This document shows, piece by piece, positions 19,501-28,049 of a stretch of DNA of 64,000 bases. A model generated the notes under the pieces. That model saw only the letters and a list, made by a program, of their open reading frames with translations. It ran no database searches and was not told where the DNA came from. A program made the position numbers and the translations under genes. Origin of the DNA: Patescibacteria group bacterium (GTDB lineage Bacteria > Patescibacteriota > Minisyncoccia > Phycocordibacterales > BOKC01); assembly GCA_038062955.1 (NCBI GenBank), contig JBBTWE010000001.1, positions 389,640 to 453,639 of the forward strand, given 5' to 3'. Every line of letters starts with the position of its first letter. Positions within the stretch are counted from its first letter, which is position 1.

Positions 19501-22500
19501 TCACTGTCCTATCAATGCTCTCGTTTTTGGTCCAAAATATCCGAGCGCAGGAACAACACCTTTTGATCTTTGTAGTCTTGCTAAAGCCGCTCTCGTCAAA
19601 TCTCCAAAATAGGTACCTTCATTTCCTGGTGAACCGACACCGACAGATGTGATGACGAATCCGTGAGTATTCAAGTATATCTGCAAAGACCTGACATCAG
19701 GACCTTCCGAACCAACTGTGAGATCTCTGGTGAATGCCGCACTCACGATTGGAGATTGTCCTGCTTGGAGAAGAGCTCTCTGTTCAAGTAGAGCAAGAAG
19801 AGTTGCGCGTAAAGATGTCAGAAGATTCTGAAGTTCTGCTATAGTCATTTGGCTTCCAGGTCTTGAAGGGTTGTTTCCTTGATTGTTGTTGTTGTTTGAA
19901 GCTCCGCCGCCAGATGAACCTCCACCGCCACCACTAGAACTACCACCTCCTCCCCCTCCGCCACCGCCGGTTCCGCCTGAATTTCCTCCACCACTAACTT
20001 CCCCAGTCGTACCTTGCGCAGTAGGTGACCATGCAGAACTACCAATAGAGTTGTATGAGCGGACACGGTAATCATAAGCTGTGCTTGCCGATAAGCTTGA
20101 ATGAGTGAAACTGGTTGTGCCGGCTGAAAGCGCGCTTGCCCCTTGAACTCCCGACCATGAACTTGATGAAGATTGTTTATATTCTAATGTGAATCCTTGT
20201 TCATTAGTACTTGTGTCAACCCAATTTAATAGAAGACTTGTAGAAGATTGCGCAGTGGCAACCAAATTAGAAGGAGCGTTAGGTATCGCATTCAAAGTCG
20301 TTCCAGAAGCAAAAGTGAGAGGGTGCCAAGGAGAGGCTCCTCCGGTGTTCACTGCTCGTATTTGGTATTCGTAGTAAGTGTTGGGAGTTAGATTGATGTT
20401 TGTGAATGTACCTTGAGCTGAACTGCTACCAGGAACAGTAGCTACCAAAACCCAAGTCCAGTTGGTAAGTTGTTGTCTTCTCTGAACTTCGAAACTGACT
20501 TCGTTGTTACTGTTGTCGTTCCAATTTAGACGGAGTTGGGACGAACTTAGAGGAGTGATTGTGAGAGAGGATGGTGTGGAAGGGGCTTGAACTCCTCCGC
20601 CAATTATAACTCCTGTGGAAGGGGCTTGCGCCCAACTAGTGCCAGCTCCCCCCGTCGTGCCGGAAGCCAAGTTAGACCATGCTGAAGCTCCAATAGCATT
20701 AACCGCTCTTACACGATATTCATAAGAAGTACTTGCTGACAATCCACTATTAGCAAAGGTTTGGGTATTAGGTGCTAAGTTTGAAGCCGCTGGAATGATT
20801 GCAAATGTTCCGTTAGGCAACAATCTTCTTTCTATCTCGAAACGAGTTTCATTAGTACTTGTGTCAACCCAATTTAATAGAAGACTTGTAGAAGATTGTG
20901 CGGTGGCAACCAAATTAGAAGGAGCGTTAGGTATCGCATTCAAAGTCGTTCCAGAAGCAAAAGTGAGAGGGTGCCAAGGAGAGGCTCCTCCGGTGTTCAC
21001 TGCTCGTATTTGGTATTCGTAGTAAGTGTTGGGAGTTAGATTGATGTTTGTGAATGTACCTTGAGCTGAACTGCTACCAGGAACAGTAGCTACCAAAACC
21101 CAAGTCCAGTTGGTAAGTTGTTGTCTTCTCTGAACTTCGAAACTGACTTCGTTGTTACTGTTGTCGTTCCAATTTAGACGGAGTTGGGACGAACTTAGAG
21201 GAGTGATTGTGAGAGAGGATGGTGTGGAAGGGACAGGTGGCTGAACTGTGACTGGTCGTCTAACGCTAACTTGATTATCAAGATTCTTGACTCGAAATTC
21301 ATAAGTCCCGGGAGTAGCTCCTACTCCAAAATCAAGTCTTATGAGTTGAGAACTCATTTGTGTAAATCCGGGGACAGCTCCGCACACGGTAACACAAATC
21401 TCCAAAACTGCTCCGGGATTATCAAAATTATTACCATTGAAACTAAGGGTATTGTTCTGTGCGTTAGTAATCGTCGAAGGAGTAATGCTAACTAAGTTAG
21501 GCGCTGATGATGTGCTTCCACCTCGAGGTAGAAACGCCCATTGAGGATTCTCCTGTCGTTTCTGAATATAATTTGAATTTGGATTTGTGTTTGCAACATT
21601 AAAAATCCAATTCCAAGCCTGGTTTCCAAGGGGGACGTCAGTAAGATGGGAAACTGCTCCCATAATCATAGTGGAATAACCATGATTAGGGTCCCTAAAA
21701 CCATCTATAAAATAATCAAAAACTGTTGCTAAATGGGCTGGGAGAAATTGCTCCGTAATGCTTTCGTATGTATTGTAATAAGAATTATTCGCTACATTAA
21801 ATATTGGTGTCCGATATTCAGAAACAAGAGCCTTAATAGTATTATTGGAGTGATTAAGAAAGCCGGTAAGATATTCACCGAGATAATTCTTAAGCGGCCC
21901 GGAGGCGTATCCTAAATCTTCCAAGTGTCCGAGTGTATAAACCAAAAGCCCTTGTTGCCATGTCCCATCAACAGCATAACCTAAAGGATTTACGGCTGGA
22001 ATCGGATAATTTATCTCACCAACACCAATATGGTGTAATGAGGGGGGTGTAGTGATTCCTCCCATCCAGCGAAGGGAACCTAGGACGTTCCTTCCCCAAT
22101 TCCACATAGTACTATTTGTATAGGCTGTACCAGTAATTCTAAAGAGACCTTCTTTTGAAGCAATATATTCTTGAGTAAGCAAATCAAAGTGGCTCTTTTC
22201 TTCACTTCCTTGAGGAGAAAGAAAAGCTGTTCGCCCTCTTATCTGCATACAGCGCGCTTCTCCTCTTGTCTGGATTCCATTCAAATCTCCCTCTTTTCCT
22301 GTCGGGCCCCTGCTATAAGCTAAATTGCCATATGAGCTGGATAGAGAACCGTAAGATGACCAAAACCAAAGTTCTTCGAGATACCAATAGTCTCCTGAAA
22401 GCGCGTACTGTATTGAATAAGGATCTGGAATATGTGCACAATCAGGATTCCAAGAATTTGAAGCGTGAGGTCCAACAATATTAACCATGTCAGAAGGAAG

Positions 22501-23877
22501 ACTATAAGCATTTATAAATCTAAACCCTGGGCGCGCGTTAGGAGACAAAACCTTCCCAGTAGCATTAACCGTATTTGAACGGTCAAAAAATCTTCCGGTA
22601 GAACCCTCCCTTAAATGAACGGGCCAAGCGGCAGCCAAATCCGCCATTCCAGAATTCATTTTTGCAAAGCGAGAATCACCTGTAAAAAGCCAGTAAACAG
22701 TCCACTGCGGCCAAGGGCCGAGTTCAGGCCTACCTCCGGTAGACCCCATATCAAGCATGTAACTTCCAGAATCGTACAAATCTTTCGGTCTTGAAAGCCA
22801 AGCCGACGAATAATAATTAGTTAAAATATTTGATGGAATAACTATACTGGTGTCATAATTTGAAATAAATCCAGTCTCTTTGAGATATTCAAGATTATGA
22901 TCAATGGCGATCTCTCCCGGTTCCCCACCAATCCAGAATTCTTTAGTCCACCTAGTAGCAAGATAATGGTTCACATTATTTTTTGTGTAGACAGTCAGAG
23001 GATTAGAATTACCTAAAGTAAGGGAAAGGTTGTACTGCATATCTTGCAATACCTGGGAGTTTGCCACTTCACCAATATATCTAACCCGAACCTTGCCAGC
23101 CCTAGGAAAAAAAGTTGCGATAAATATAGGCCTGAAAGATTTATAAGTGTCGAAACCAATGTCATATCTTCTTGCGGTAGAATGATCCGCAAGAATTATT
23201 GAGGTAGACTCTGAACCTTTTAGCCAGTATTCAAATTCATTATCGGAGAGCATAGTGCGTGCAGAAGCAGACACAGTGCTTGGACCAGTAAGTCCTATTG
23301 TTGCTCCAAAGTTATATGGAGCGCCAAGCATATTATTCTGTGTTAAGAATGCTTGATTGTTTCCAGTCTGTTGGTTTTGAAATGTTGCAACAATTTGTTG
23401 ATTTGGATTTAATTGCGGAATATAAAACGACATTATTACATGCTTCGCGCTTCCGTCTCCCCATCTAGTTTTTACATCTGATTGAGTAATTACTGGAGTT
23501 CCGTTAAGTAAAACTTGCGGATAGTTGTTTATTTCCCCTTGAGCGAATATCCTTCCAGTCTGAACGGGATAATTTGTGGTACTTTGTCCAGCCTTTTCAG
23601 TAATTGTTATAAAATTGTTTGGATTATCGGTGCCAATTTCTCCACCTTCTTCTGGGGTTGGCGGCACTGGAGGTAAAGGCAACGGTAGGGGTTGCGGTTC
23701 TAAAGGTCCTTCTGCACCAGTCTGATCTCCAGTATCATCAACAGTAGAAATACCCAAAAAAGACACAGCTAAATTTTTGAGATTGATGTCACTTATTCCT
23801 GTTCCATTGATCAGAGCGAAAGAAAAAGTTATAACAATGATAATGAGGAGACCAATTATGAGGAGTGTTTTTTTCAT
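19501..23877 (-). CDS. Large secreted/surface protein, paralog of the neighbour: possible carbohydrate-active toroid domain, Fn3 repeats, peptidoglycan-binding-like C-terminus
   Basis: Homologous N- and C-termini to 14871..19466; TQSDVKTRWGDGSAKH recalls PcRGLX/YetA-like N-terminal domains (from memory); four Fn3 modules. Confidence 0.8.
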   Translation of the reverse strand: MKKTLLIIGLLIIIVITFSFALINGTGISDINLKNLAVSFLGISTVDDTGDQTGAEGPLEPQPLPLPLPPVPPTPEEGGEIGTDNPNNFITITEKAGQSTTNYPVQTGRIFAQGEINNYPQVLLNGTPVITQSDVKTRWGDGSAKHVIMSFYIPQLNPNQQIVATFQNQQTGNNQAFLTQNNMLGAPYNFGATIGLTGPSTVSASARTMLSDNEFEYWLKGSESTSIILADHSTARRYDIGFDTYKSFRPIFIATFFPRAGKVRVRYIGEVANSQVLQDMQYNLSLTLGNSNPLTVYTKNNVNHYLATRWTKEFWIGGEPGEIAIDHNLEYLKETGFISNYDTSIVIPSNILTNYYSSAWLSRPKDLYDSGSYMLDMGSTGGRPELGPWPQWTVYWLFTGDSRFAKMNSGMADLAAAWPVHLREGSTGRFFDRSNTVNATGKVLSPNARPGFRFINAYSLPSDMVNIVGPHASNSWNPDCAHIPDPYSIQYALSGDYWYLEELWFWSSYGSLSSSYGNLAYSRGPTGKEGDLNGIQTRGEARCMQIRGRTAFLSPQGSEEKSHFDLLTQEYIASKEGLFRITGTAYTNSTMWNWGRNVLGSLRWMGGITTPPSLHHIGVGEINYPIPAVNPLGYAVDGTWQQGLLVYTLGHLEDLGYASGPLKNYLGEYLTGFLNHSNNTIKALVSEYRTPIFNVANNSYYNTYESITEQFLPAHLATVFDYFIDGFRDPNHGYSTMIMGAVSHLTDVPLGNQAWNWIFNVANTNPNSNYIQKRQENPQWAFLPRGGSTSSAPNLVSITPSTITNAQNNTLSFNGNNFDNPGAVLEICVTVCGAVPGFTQMSSQLIRLDFGVGATPGTYEFRVKNLDNQVSVRRPVTVQPPVPSTPSSLTITPLSSSQLRLNWNDNSNNEVSFEVQRRQQLTNWTWVLVATVPGSSSAQGTFTNINLTPNTYYEYQIRAVNTGGASPWHPLTFASGTTLNAIPNAPSNLVATAQSSTSLLLNWVDTSTNETRFEIERRLLPNGTFAIIPAASNLAPNTQTFANSGLSASTSYEYRVRAVNAIGASAWSNLASGTTGGAGTSWAQAPSTGVIIGGGVQAPSTPSSLTITPLSSSQLRLNWNDNSNNEVSFEVQRRQQLTNWTWVLVATVPGSSSAQGTFTNINLTPNTYYEYQIRAVNTGGASPWHPLTFASGTTLNAIPNAPSNLVATAQSSTSLLLNWVDTSTNEQGFTLEYKQSSSSSWSGVQGASALSAGTTSFTHSSLSASTAYDYRVRSYNSIGSSAWSPTAQGTTGEVSGGGNSGGTGGGGGGGGGSSSGGGGGSSGGGASNNNNNQGNNPSRPGSQMTIAELQNLLTSLRATLLALLEQRALLQAGQSPIVSAAFTRDLTVGSEGPDVRSLQIYLNTHGFVITSVGVGSPGNEGTYFGDLTRAALARLQRSKGVVPALGYFGPKTRALIGQ
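20200..21232. repeat. Intragenic direct repeat of about 385 bp (20200-20584 and 20848-21232)
   Basis: Offset 648 bp; identical protein sequence; only two synonymous differences seen. Confidence 0.9.
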
Positions 23878-23956
23878 AATGTTGGTTGAATTTTAACACA
23901 AAAATCGAATTACTACCCTCACAGTAAGTGGATATATAAATAATTTCTTAAAATAA

Positions 23957-24967
23957 TTAGAAAATAGACAAAGCTATGAAAGCCACTCCGAGATAAATAA
24001 GCACACTTAAAACATCACTGATAACTGTTGAAAAAGGACCCGATGAAATAGCTGGGTCAAATTTAAGTTTATAAAAAATCCACGGTAGAAGCAGGCCAAA
24101 ACAAGTAGAGATGAGGATGGTTAAGAAAAATGAAATTCCAATAATAAGAGTGATTAAAAGTTCATTCCATAAAAAATAGGTCAAAAGGGTGGCGGCAATA
24201 CTTAAGGACAGGGCTAATAGCAATCCTACAGAAATCTCCCTTCTGATATAACTTTTTAGGGCCATTTTTTTATCAATAAAAAAACTTCTGATAAAAATGG
24301 TTTGTGTTTGTGACCCAACAGCATCAGCTATGTATACAACCGATGGAATAAAAGATGCCAAAATAATCATTTTAGACAATGTATCTTCAAAAAAACCTAT
24401 AACGATAGCGGCTAAAAAACTGCCCAAGAGACCGAAGACAAGCCATGGCAATCTTTTCTTGAAATGTTCTGAAGCGGACGCAGTAATAAAATCTTTTGCG
24501 GAATCATGTTTTAAAATACCGCTTCCACGAAGTGCGTCTTCAATTCCCTCCTGATGTAATACGTTTAAGATAACGTCGGATGGCACGACCCCCAAAAACA
24601 AACCTGATTTGTCGACTACGGGAATATTTTTTAAATTATGCTGGATAGCAAGGAGAGCAACTTTTTCTCTGTGAGTATTGGGCGAAACAGTAATAAGATT
24701 TGTTTTCATAACACGAAATATCGGCATGTTCTTCCCAATTCTGAAAAGCTCTTTAATGGACAAAACTCCTTTGAGAATCCCTTTTTCATCCACAACATAA
24801 ATATAGTTAATGTTTTCAAGCTTCTGTATATCCTTGAGCAGAAGACTTTCTATTGCTCCGATATTCAAACCTTGAAGCACAATTGGAATTTTCTTTGTAA
24901 GAATATGTATTGCCGATTCTCGAGGAAAGCTCGATTGGGAATTATTTTTTGTTTCTTCTTGAACCAT
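23957..24967 (-). CDS. mgtE: Magnesium transporter MgtE (CBS pair plus membrane domain)
   Basis: CBS motifs (YIYVVDE, IPVVD), KRLPWL, DPAISSGPFSTVISD; start moved to MVQEET to avoid overlap with the upstream gene. Confidence 0.88.
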   Translation of the reverse strand: MVQEETKNNSQSSFPRESAIHILTKKIPIVLQGLNIGAIESLLLKDIQKLENINYIYVVDEKGILKGVLSIKELFRIGKNMPIFRVMKTNLITVSPNTHREKVALLAIQHNLKNIPVVDKSGLFLGVVPSDVILNVLHQEGIEDALRGSGILKHDSAKDFITASASEHFKKRLPWLVFGLLGSFLAAIVIGFFEDTLSKMIILASFIPSVVYIADAVGSQTQTIFIRSFFIDKKMALKSYIRREISVGLLLALSLSIAATLLTYFLWNELLITLIIGISFFLTILISTCFGLLLPWIFYKLKFDPAISSGPFSTVISDVLSVLIYLGVAFIALSIF

Positions 24968-24978
24968 GAATTTTGAGC

Positions 24979-25848
24979 TTACTTTAAGTATACAACTGGA
25001 TTTGTTTTGCTTATCGCGGCTACTATTGCACCAATAAGCAACACTTGGGTGGAATAATACACCCAAAGCAGAACCGCGATGAAAGATCCGGAAGCGCCGT
25101 ACACAGCGTCATTGGTATAGAAAAGGTTGAAATATAGTATAAGAGCGGCATTGAGAAAACCAAAGAGTATAGTGCAAATGATTGCTCCTGTGAGTGAGCT
25201 TTTCCATGTCGTCTTCTTACTTCCTACAGTTTTGTACATAAGGGTCAAAAGCAAAATCGTTGAAACGAAAACTAGGAAAAAATTAAGCAATTGTGATTTT
25301 GCAAAAAATTCCAAGCCGAAAAAGTTCGCGGAAAAACTTAAAATTAAGGGCGCAATGACACTTATAAAAACAATCATTAAAATTAAAAAAACTAGATACA
25401 CACTAAAACCTAAAGATTTTAGATAATTCAGAAATGTTTTCTTTAAGTTTTCATCCAAGCCTAACTTCACTCCAAAAATCGCAAAAAAAGATCCTTTTAA
25501 AGTATTGAAAAAGTGCGACAAACCATAGAAGGTTATGAAAAAACCAATAAAAGAAAAAGTTAGGTGTGATTTTGACTGTTTTAGACTTTCAATTAAATCA
25601 TTAATAAAAGATGTGGATTGTTCACCAACTCTATTTTGAAAAAAAGTTAAAAGACGCGTTTCGGCTATGCTTTGATCAATTATTAAACCGCTAAGTGAGA
25701 CAAAAATAATAATGAGTGGCGCCATAGCAGAGATAGCGTAAAAAGCCAAAGCAGCAGCATGCTTTGGGATTTCCACTGATTTTATCTTCGGTATAATTTC
25801 TCCAAAAAAACTTAGTTTAGTTTTTCGGTGATGGAGGGTGACATTCAT
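24979..25848 (-). CDS. YihY/virulence factor BrkB family membrane protein
   Basis: AAALAFYAISAMAPL and VYGASGSFIAVLLWVYYSTQVLLIGA motifs, several TM segments. Confidence 0.88.
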   Translation of the reverse strand: MNVTLHHRKTKLSFFGEIIPKIKSVEIPKHAAALAFYAISAMAPLIIIFVSLSGLIIDQSIAETRLLTFFQNRVGEQSTSFINDLIESLKQSKSHLTFSFIGFFITFYGLSHFFNTLKGSFFAIFGVKLGLDENLKKTFLNYLKSLGFSVYLVFLILMIVFISVIAPLILSFSANFFGLEFFAKSQLLNFFLVFVSTILLLTLMYKTVGSKKTTWKSSLTGAIICTILFGFLNAALILYFNLFYTNDAVYGASGSFIAVLLWVYYSTQVLLIGAIVAAISKTNPVVYLK

Positions 25849-26003
25849 CCCGTAGTGAAATTTCAGGTCGTTCTTCGTAAGGCTGCGAACTATCCTGATA
25901 TTTTTTGGTAATTTTTAATAAATAAACTTAATTCTCTTATGTGTTCCGTGGTAAGTGTTTGCAACCTGAAATTCCCTGTCTGCCGACAGGCAGGTACTAC
26001 GGG
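25849..26003. mobile_element. MITE-like family A copy 2, carrying a nested 20-bp palindrome
   Basis: Homologous to 5323-5457; flanked by ATTCAT direct repeat; extra CCTGTCTGCCGACAGGCAGG at 25975-25994. Confidence 0.8.
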
Positions 26004-26012
26004 ATTCATATA

Positions 26013-26213
26013 TTATGTCTGTTTTTTATACAGTCGGAAAATATAGTAAGCTCCTGCAAGAAAAATTATGAGAAACAAAAGAACTCCTTTCCAAAAAAAC
26101 TCGTAGAAACGAGCCCCGATAAGAATTCCCAAAGAAAGCAAAGAGATTTGATAAATCCCCCACTGCCTTAAGGATAGTTTTAGATTACGAATCCTATTCA
26201 AAACCTCTAGCAT
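26013..26213 (-). CDS. Small two-TM membrane protein
   Basis: ATG at 26213 preceded by TATAAT-6nt; two hydrophobic segments; the longer ORF call overlaps trmD. Confidence 0.6.
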   Translation of the reverse strand: MLEVLNRIRNLKLSLRQWGIYQISLLSLGILIGARFYEFFWKGVLLFLIIFLAGAYYIFRLYKKQT

Positions 26214-26232
26214 GATTAAATTATACCACAGA

Positions 26233-26973
26233 CTAAATGCTCTTTTTCTTTTCCCTCCATTCTTTAATTTTCTTGTGATTTCCAGAAAGAAGGATTTTTG
26301 GGACTCGATAATTTTTACCTCCAAAAGTTACAACTTCAGGTCTCGTATAGTGAGGATACTCCAAATTTCCATTTTCCTCATTTTTTATCATCGAGCTTAA
26401 GAAAGATTCCTCTTCTAGAGATTCAAGTTTTATAACGCCAGGAATAAGTCTCGCGATACTCGAAATCATCACAGCCGCCGCAACTTCCCCATCAGTTAAA
26501 ACGTATGGACCAATTGAAACTTCTTCTGCACGAAGAGCGAGCCTCACTCTTTCATCGATTCCTTCGTAACGGCCGGTAATTAGAATTATATGTTTATAAT
26601 TTTTTGCGTATTTTAAAGAAGTTACTTGATCAAATTGCTTGCCTTTGGCCGACAAAATGAGAATTTTCAATTTACTTTTTCCAATCGCTTTCTTTATTGA
26701 TTCGACAACTTTCAAAATTGGTTCAGCCTTAAGAACCATACCAGCCCCACCACCGTATGGCTTATCATCCACTTGAGAAAGCGACCGAGGAGAAATCTTT
26801 CCCTCCTGCCTGCCTGCAGGCAGGTCCAGTTTCAACTTCCCGCCCTCCGTGAAATCCCGAGGATTGTAAAAGTTGATTTTAATTTGCTTGTCTCTCTGTG
26901 CTTTACCCAAAATAGACGTCTCAAAATATGAGCTCATGCTTTCGGGAAAAATTGTAATAATGTGAAACTGCAT
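26233..26973 (-). CDS. trmD: tRNA (guanine-N1)-methyltransferase, with in-frame insertion
   Basis: ITIFPE, VDDKPYGGGAGMVLK, GRYEGIDER, SIGPYVLTDGE, LEYPHYTRP, LLSGNH. Confidence 0.96.
   Translation of the reverse strand: MQFHIITIFPESMSSYFETSILGKAQRDKQIKINFYNPRDFTEGGKLKLDLPAGRQEGKISPRSLSQVDDKPYGGGAGMVLKAEPILKVVESIKKAIGKSKLKILILSAKGKQFDQVTSLKYAKNYKHIILITGRYEGIDERVRLALRAEEVSIGPYVLTDGEVAAAVMISSIARLIPGVIKLESLEEESFLSSMIKNEENGNLEYPHYTRPEVVTFGGKNYRVPKILLSGNHKKIKEWREKKKSI
26805..26824. repeat. 20-bp palindrome (family C) inside trmD
   Basis: CCTGCCTGCCTGCAGGCAGG, read as LPAGRQE; other copies at 25975, 51066 and 54085. Confidence 0.85.
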
Positions 26974-26978
26974 ATAAC

Positions 26979-27096
26979 TTAAAATTCAAAAGGCAAAAAT
27001 CAAAATTGAAAGTAAAAAGTCAAAATTAGCTTTATGTGCATTCACTTTTGAATTTTGAATTTAAATTTTGACCTTTGATTTTTGCCTTTTGACTTT
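26979..27096. repeat. Inverted heptamer tandem arrays upstream of trmD
   Basis: TCAAAAN units followed by NTTTTGA units, as at 7186-7309. Confidence 0.7.
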
Positions 27097-27179
27097 ATCA
27101 TAAAGGATAAAGCTCTTCAAAAAAAACAAAACCTCCCAATTTCTCGAGAGGTCTTGTCTTTCTAACATATAGTGCCTAG

Positions 27180-27530
27180 TTATATTTTTAGATCATCCAC
27201 AGCTTGATCCAAACTTTTTGATTTAGGTTCTTTTTCTCGTCTGTCTCTCATTCCTACTGCCTCTCCTCTCTCTGGTCTAACACTTCCTTCTGGTTCGTTA
27301 ATTTTTAAATTAACTCGAGCATTGTTTTTCATCCCAACAACTCGCAAAAGTGTTCTGATAGCCTTTGCTGTATTGCCTTCGCGGCCGATGATCTTACCCA
27401 TATCCCCTGAATTAACATCAAGAGTGATTAGGACTCCCATTTCATCAACTACTCTCTTTATTTTTACATCGCTCGGATTATCAACAAGAGCCTTAACAAC
27501 ATACTCTAAAAATTCAACATCTCTTTCCAT
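27180..27530 (-). CDS. khpA: KH-domain RNA-binding protein (KhpA/YlqC)
   Basis: DMGKIIGREGNTAKAIRTLL; conserved position between rpsP and trmD. Confidence 0.9.
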   Translation of the reverse strand: MERDVEFLEYVVKALVDNPSDVKIKRVVDEMGVLITLDVNSGDMGKIIGREGNTAKAIRTLLRVVGMKNNARVNLKINEPEGSVRPERGEAVGMRDRREKEPKSKSLDQAVDDLKI

Positions 27531-27595
27531 AGTAGTACTATATCTTTAATTATTAATGATTTCGGACAGTTTAAATTCTACCCCCACGACATAAA

Positions 27596-27985
27596 TTACG
27601 CAACAGGGATTTTCTTTGTTTCTTCTGGAACAACTTTTGCTTCTCCTTGTGGTTTTGTTTCTTTTGGAGTTTCAGTTCCTTCCTTCTTCTCCTCTCCCTC
27701 TTTCTTAATCGGTTTTTTCTTTGGTAAAGCGTTTACTTTTTTGCCAGCAATAACTTTACGGGCGACCAAGAGATTATGGATTGTGTCTGATACTTTGGCT
27801 CCTTGTTTCATCCAATATCCTATTCTCTCAACATTAAATTCGGCCTTCTCTGCGCGTCTTGAATCAAAGGATCCCAATACCTCAAGAGAATTACCGCTTT
27901 TAGGGCCGTTTTGTGATTCAGTAACAACAAGCCTAAAAACCGGCTCATGTTTTCTTCCTATTCTTTGTAATCTAATTTTTAACAT
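27596..27985 (-). CDS. rpsP: 30S ribosomal protein S16 with charged C-terminal tail
   Basis: MLKIRLQRIGRKHEPVFRLVV...GAKVSDTI. Confidence 0.95.
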   Translation of the reverse strand: MLKIRLQRIGRKHEPVFRLVVTESQNGPKSGNSLEVLGSFDSRRAEKAEFNVERIGYWMKQGAKVSDTIHNLLVARKVIAGKKVNALPKKKPIKKEGEEKKEGTETPKETKPQGEAKVVPEETKKIPVA

Positions 27986-28049
27986 TTGTAAGTCAAGGAA
28001 TCTTAGCAGAACTACCATATTCAGTCAATATTTGCTATATTCTAGTTCT

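Noticed and set aside
27741-28049. 103-aa N-terminal extension of RNase R in the ORF track
   Set aside because: It is the antisense of rpsP; the ATG at 28050 has a -10 box 6 nt upstream.
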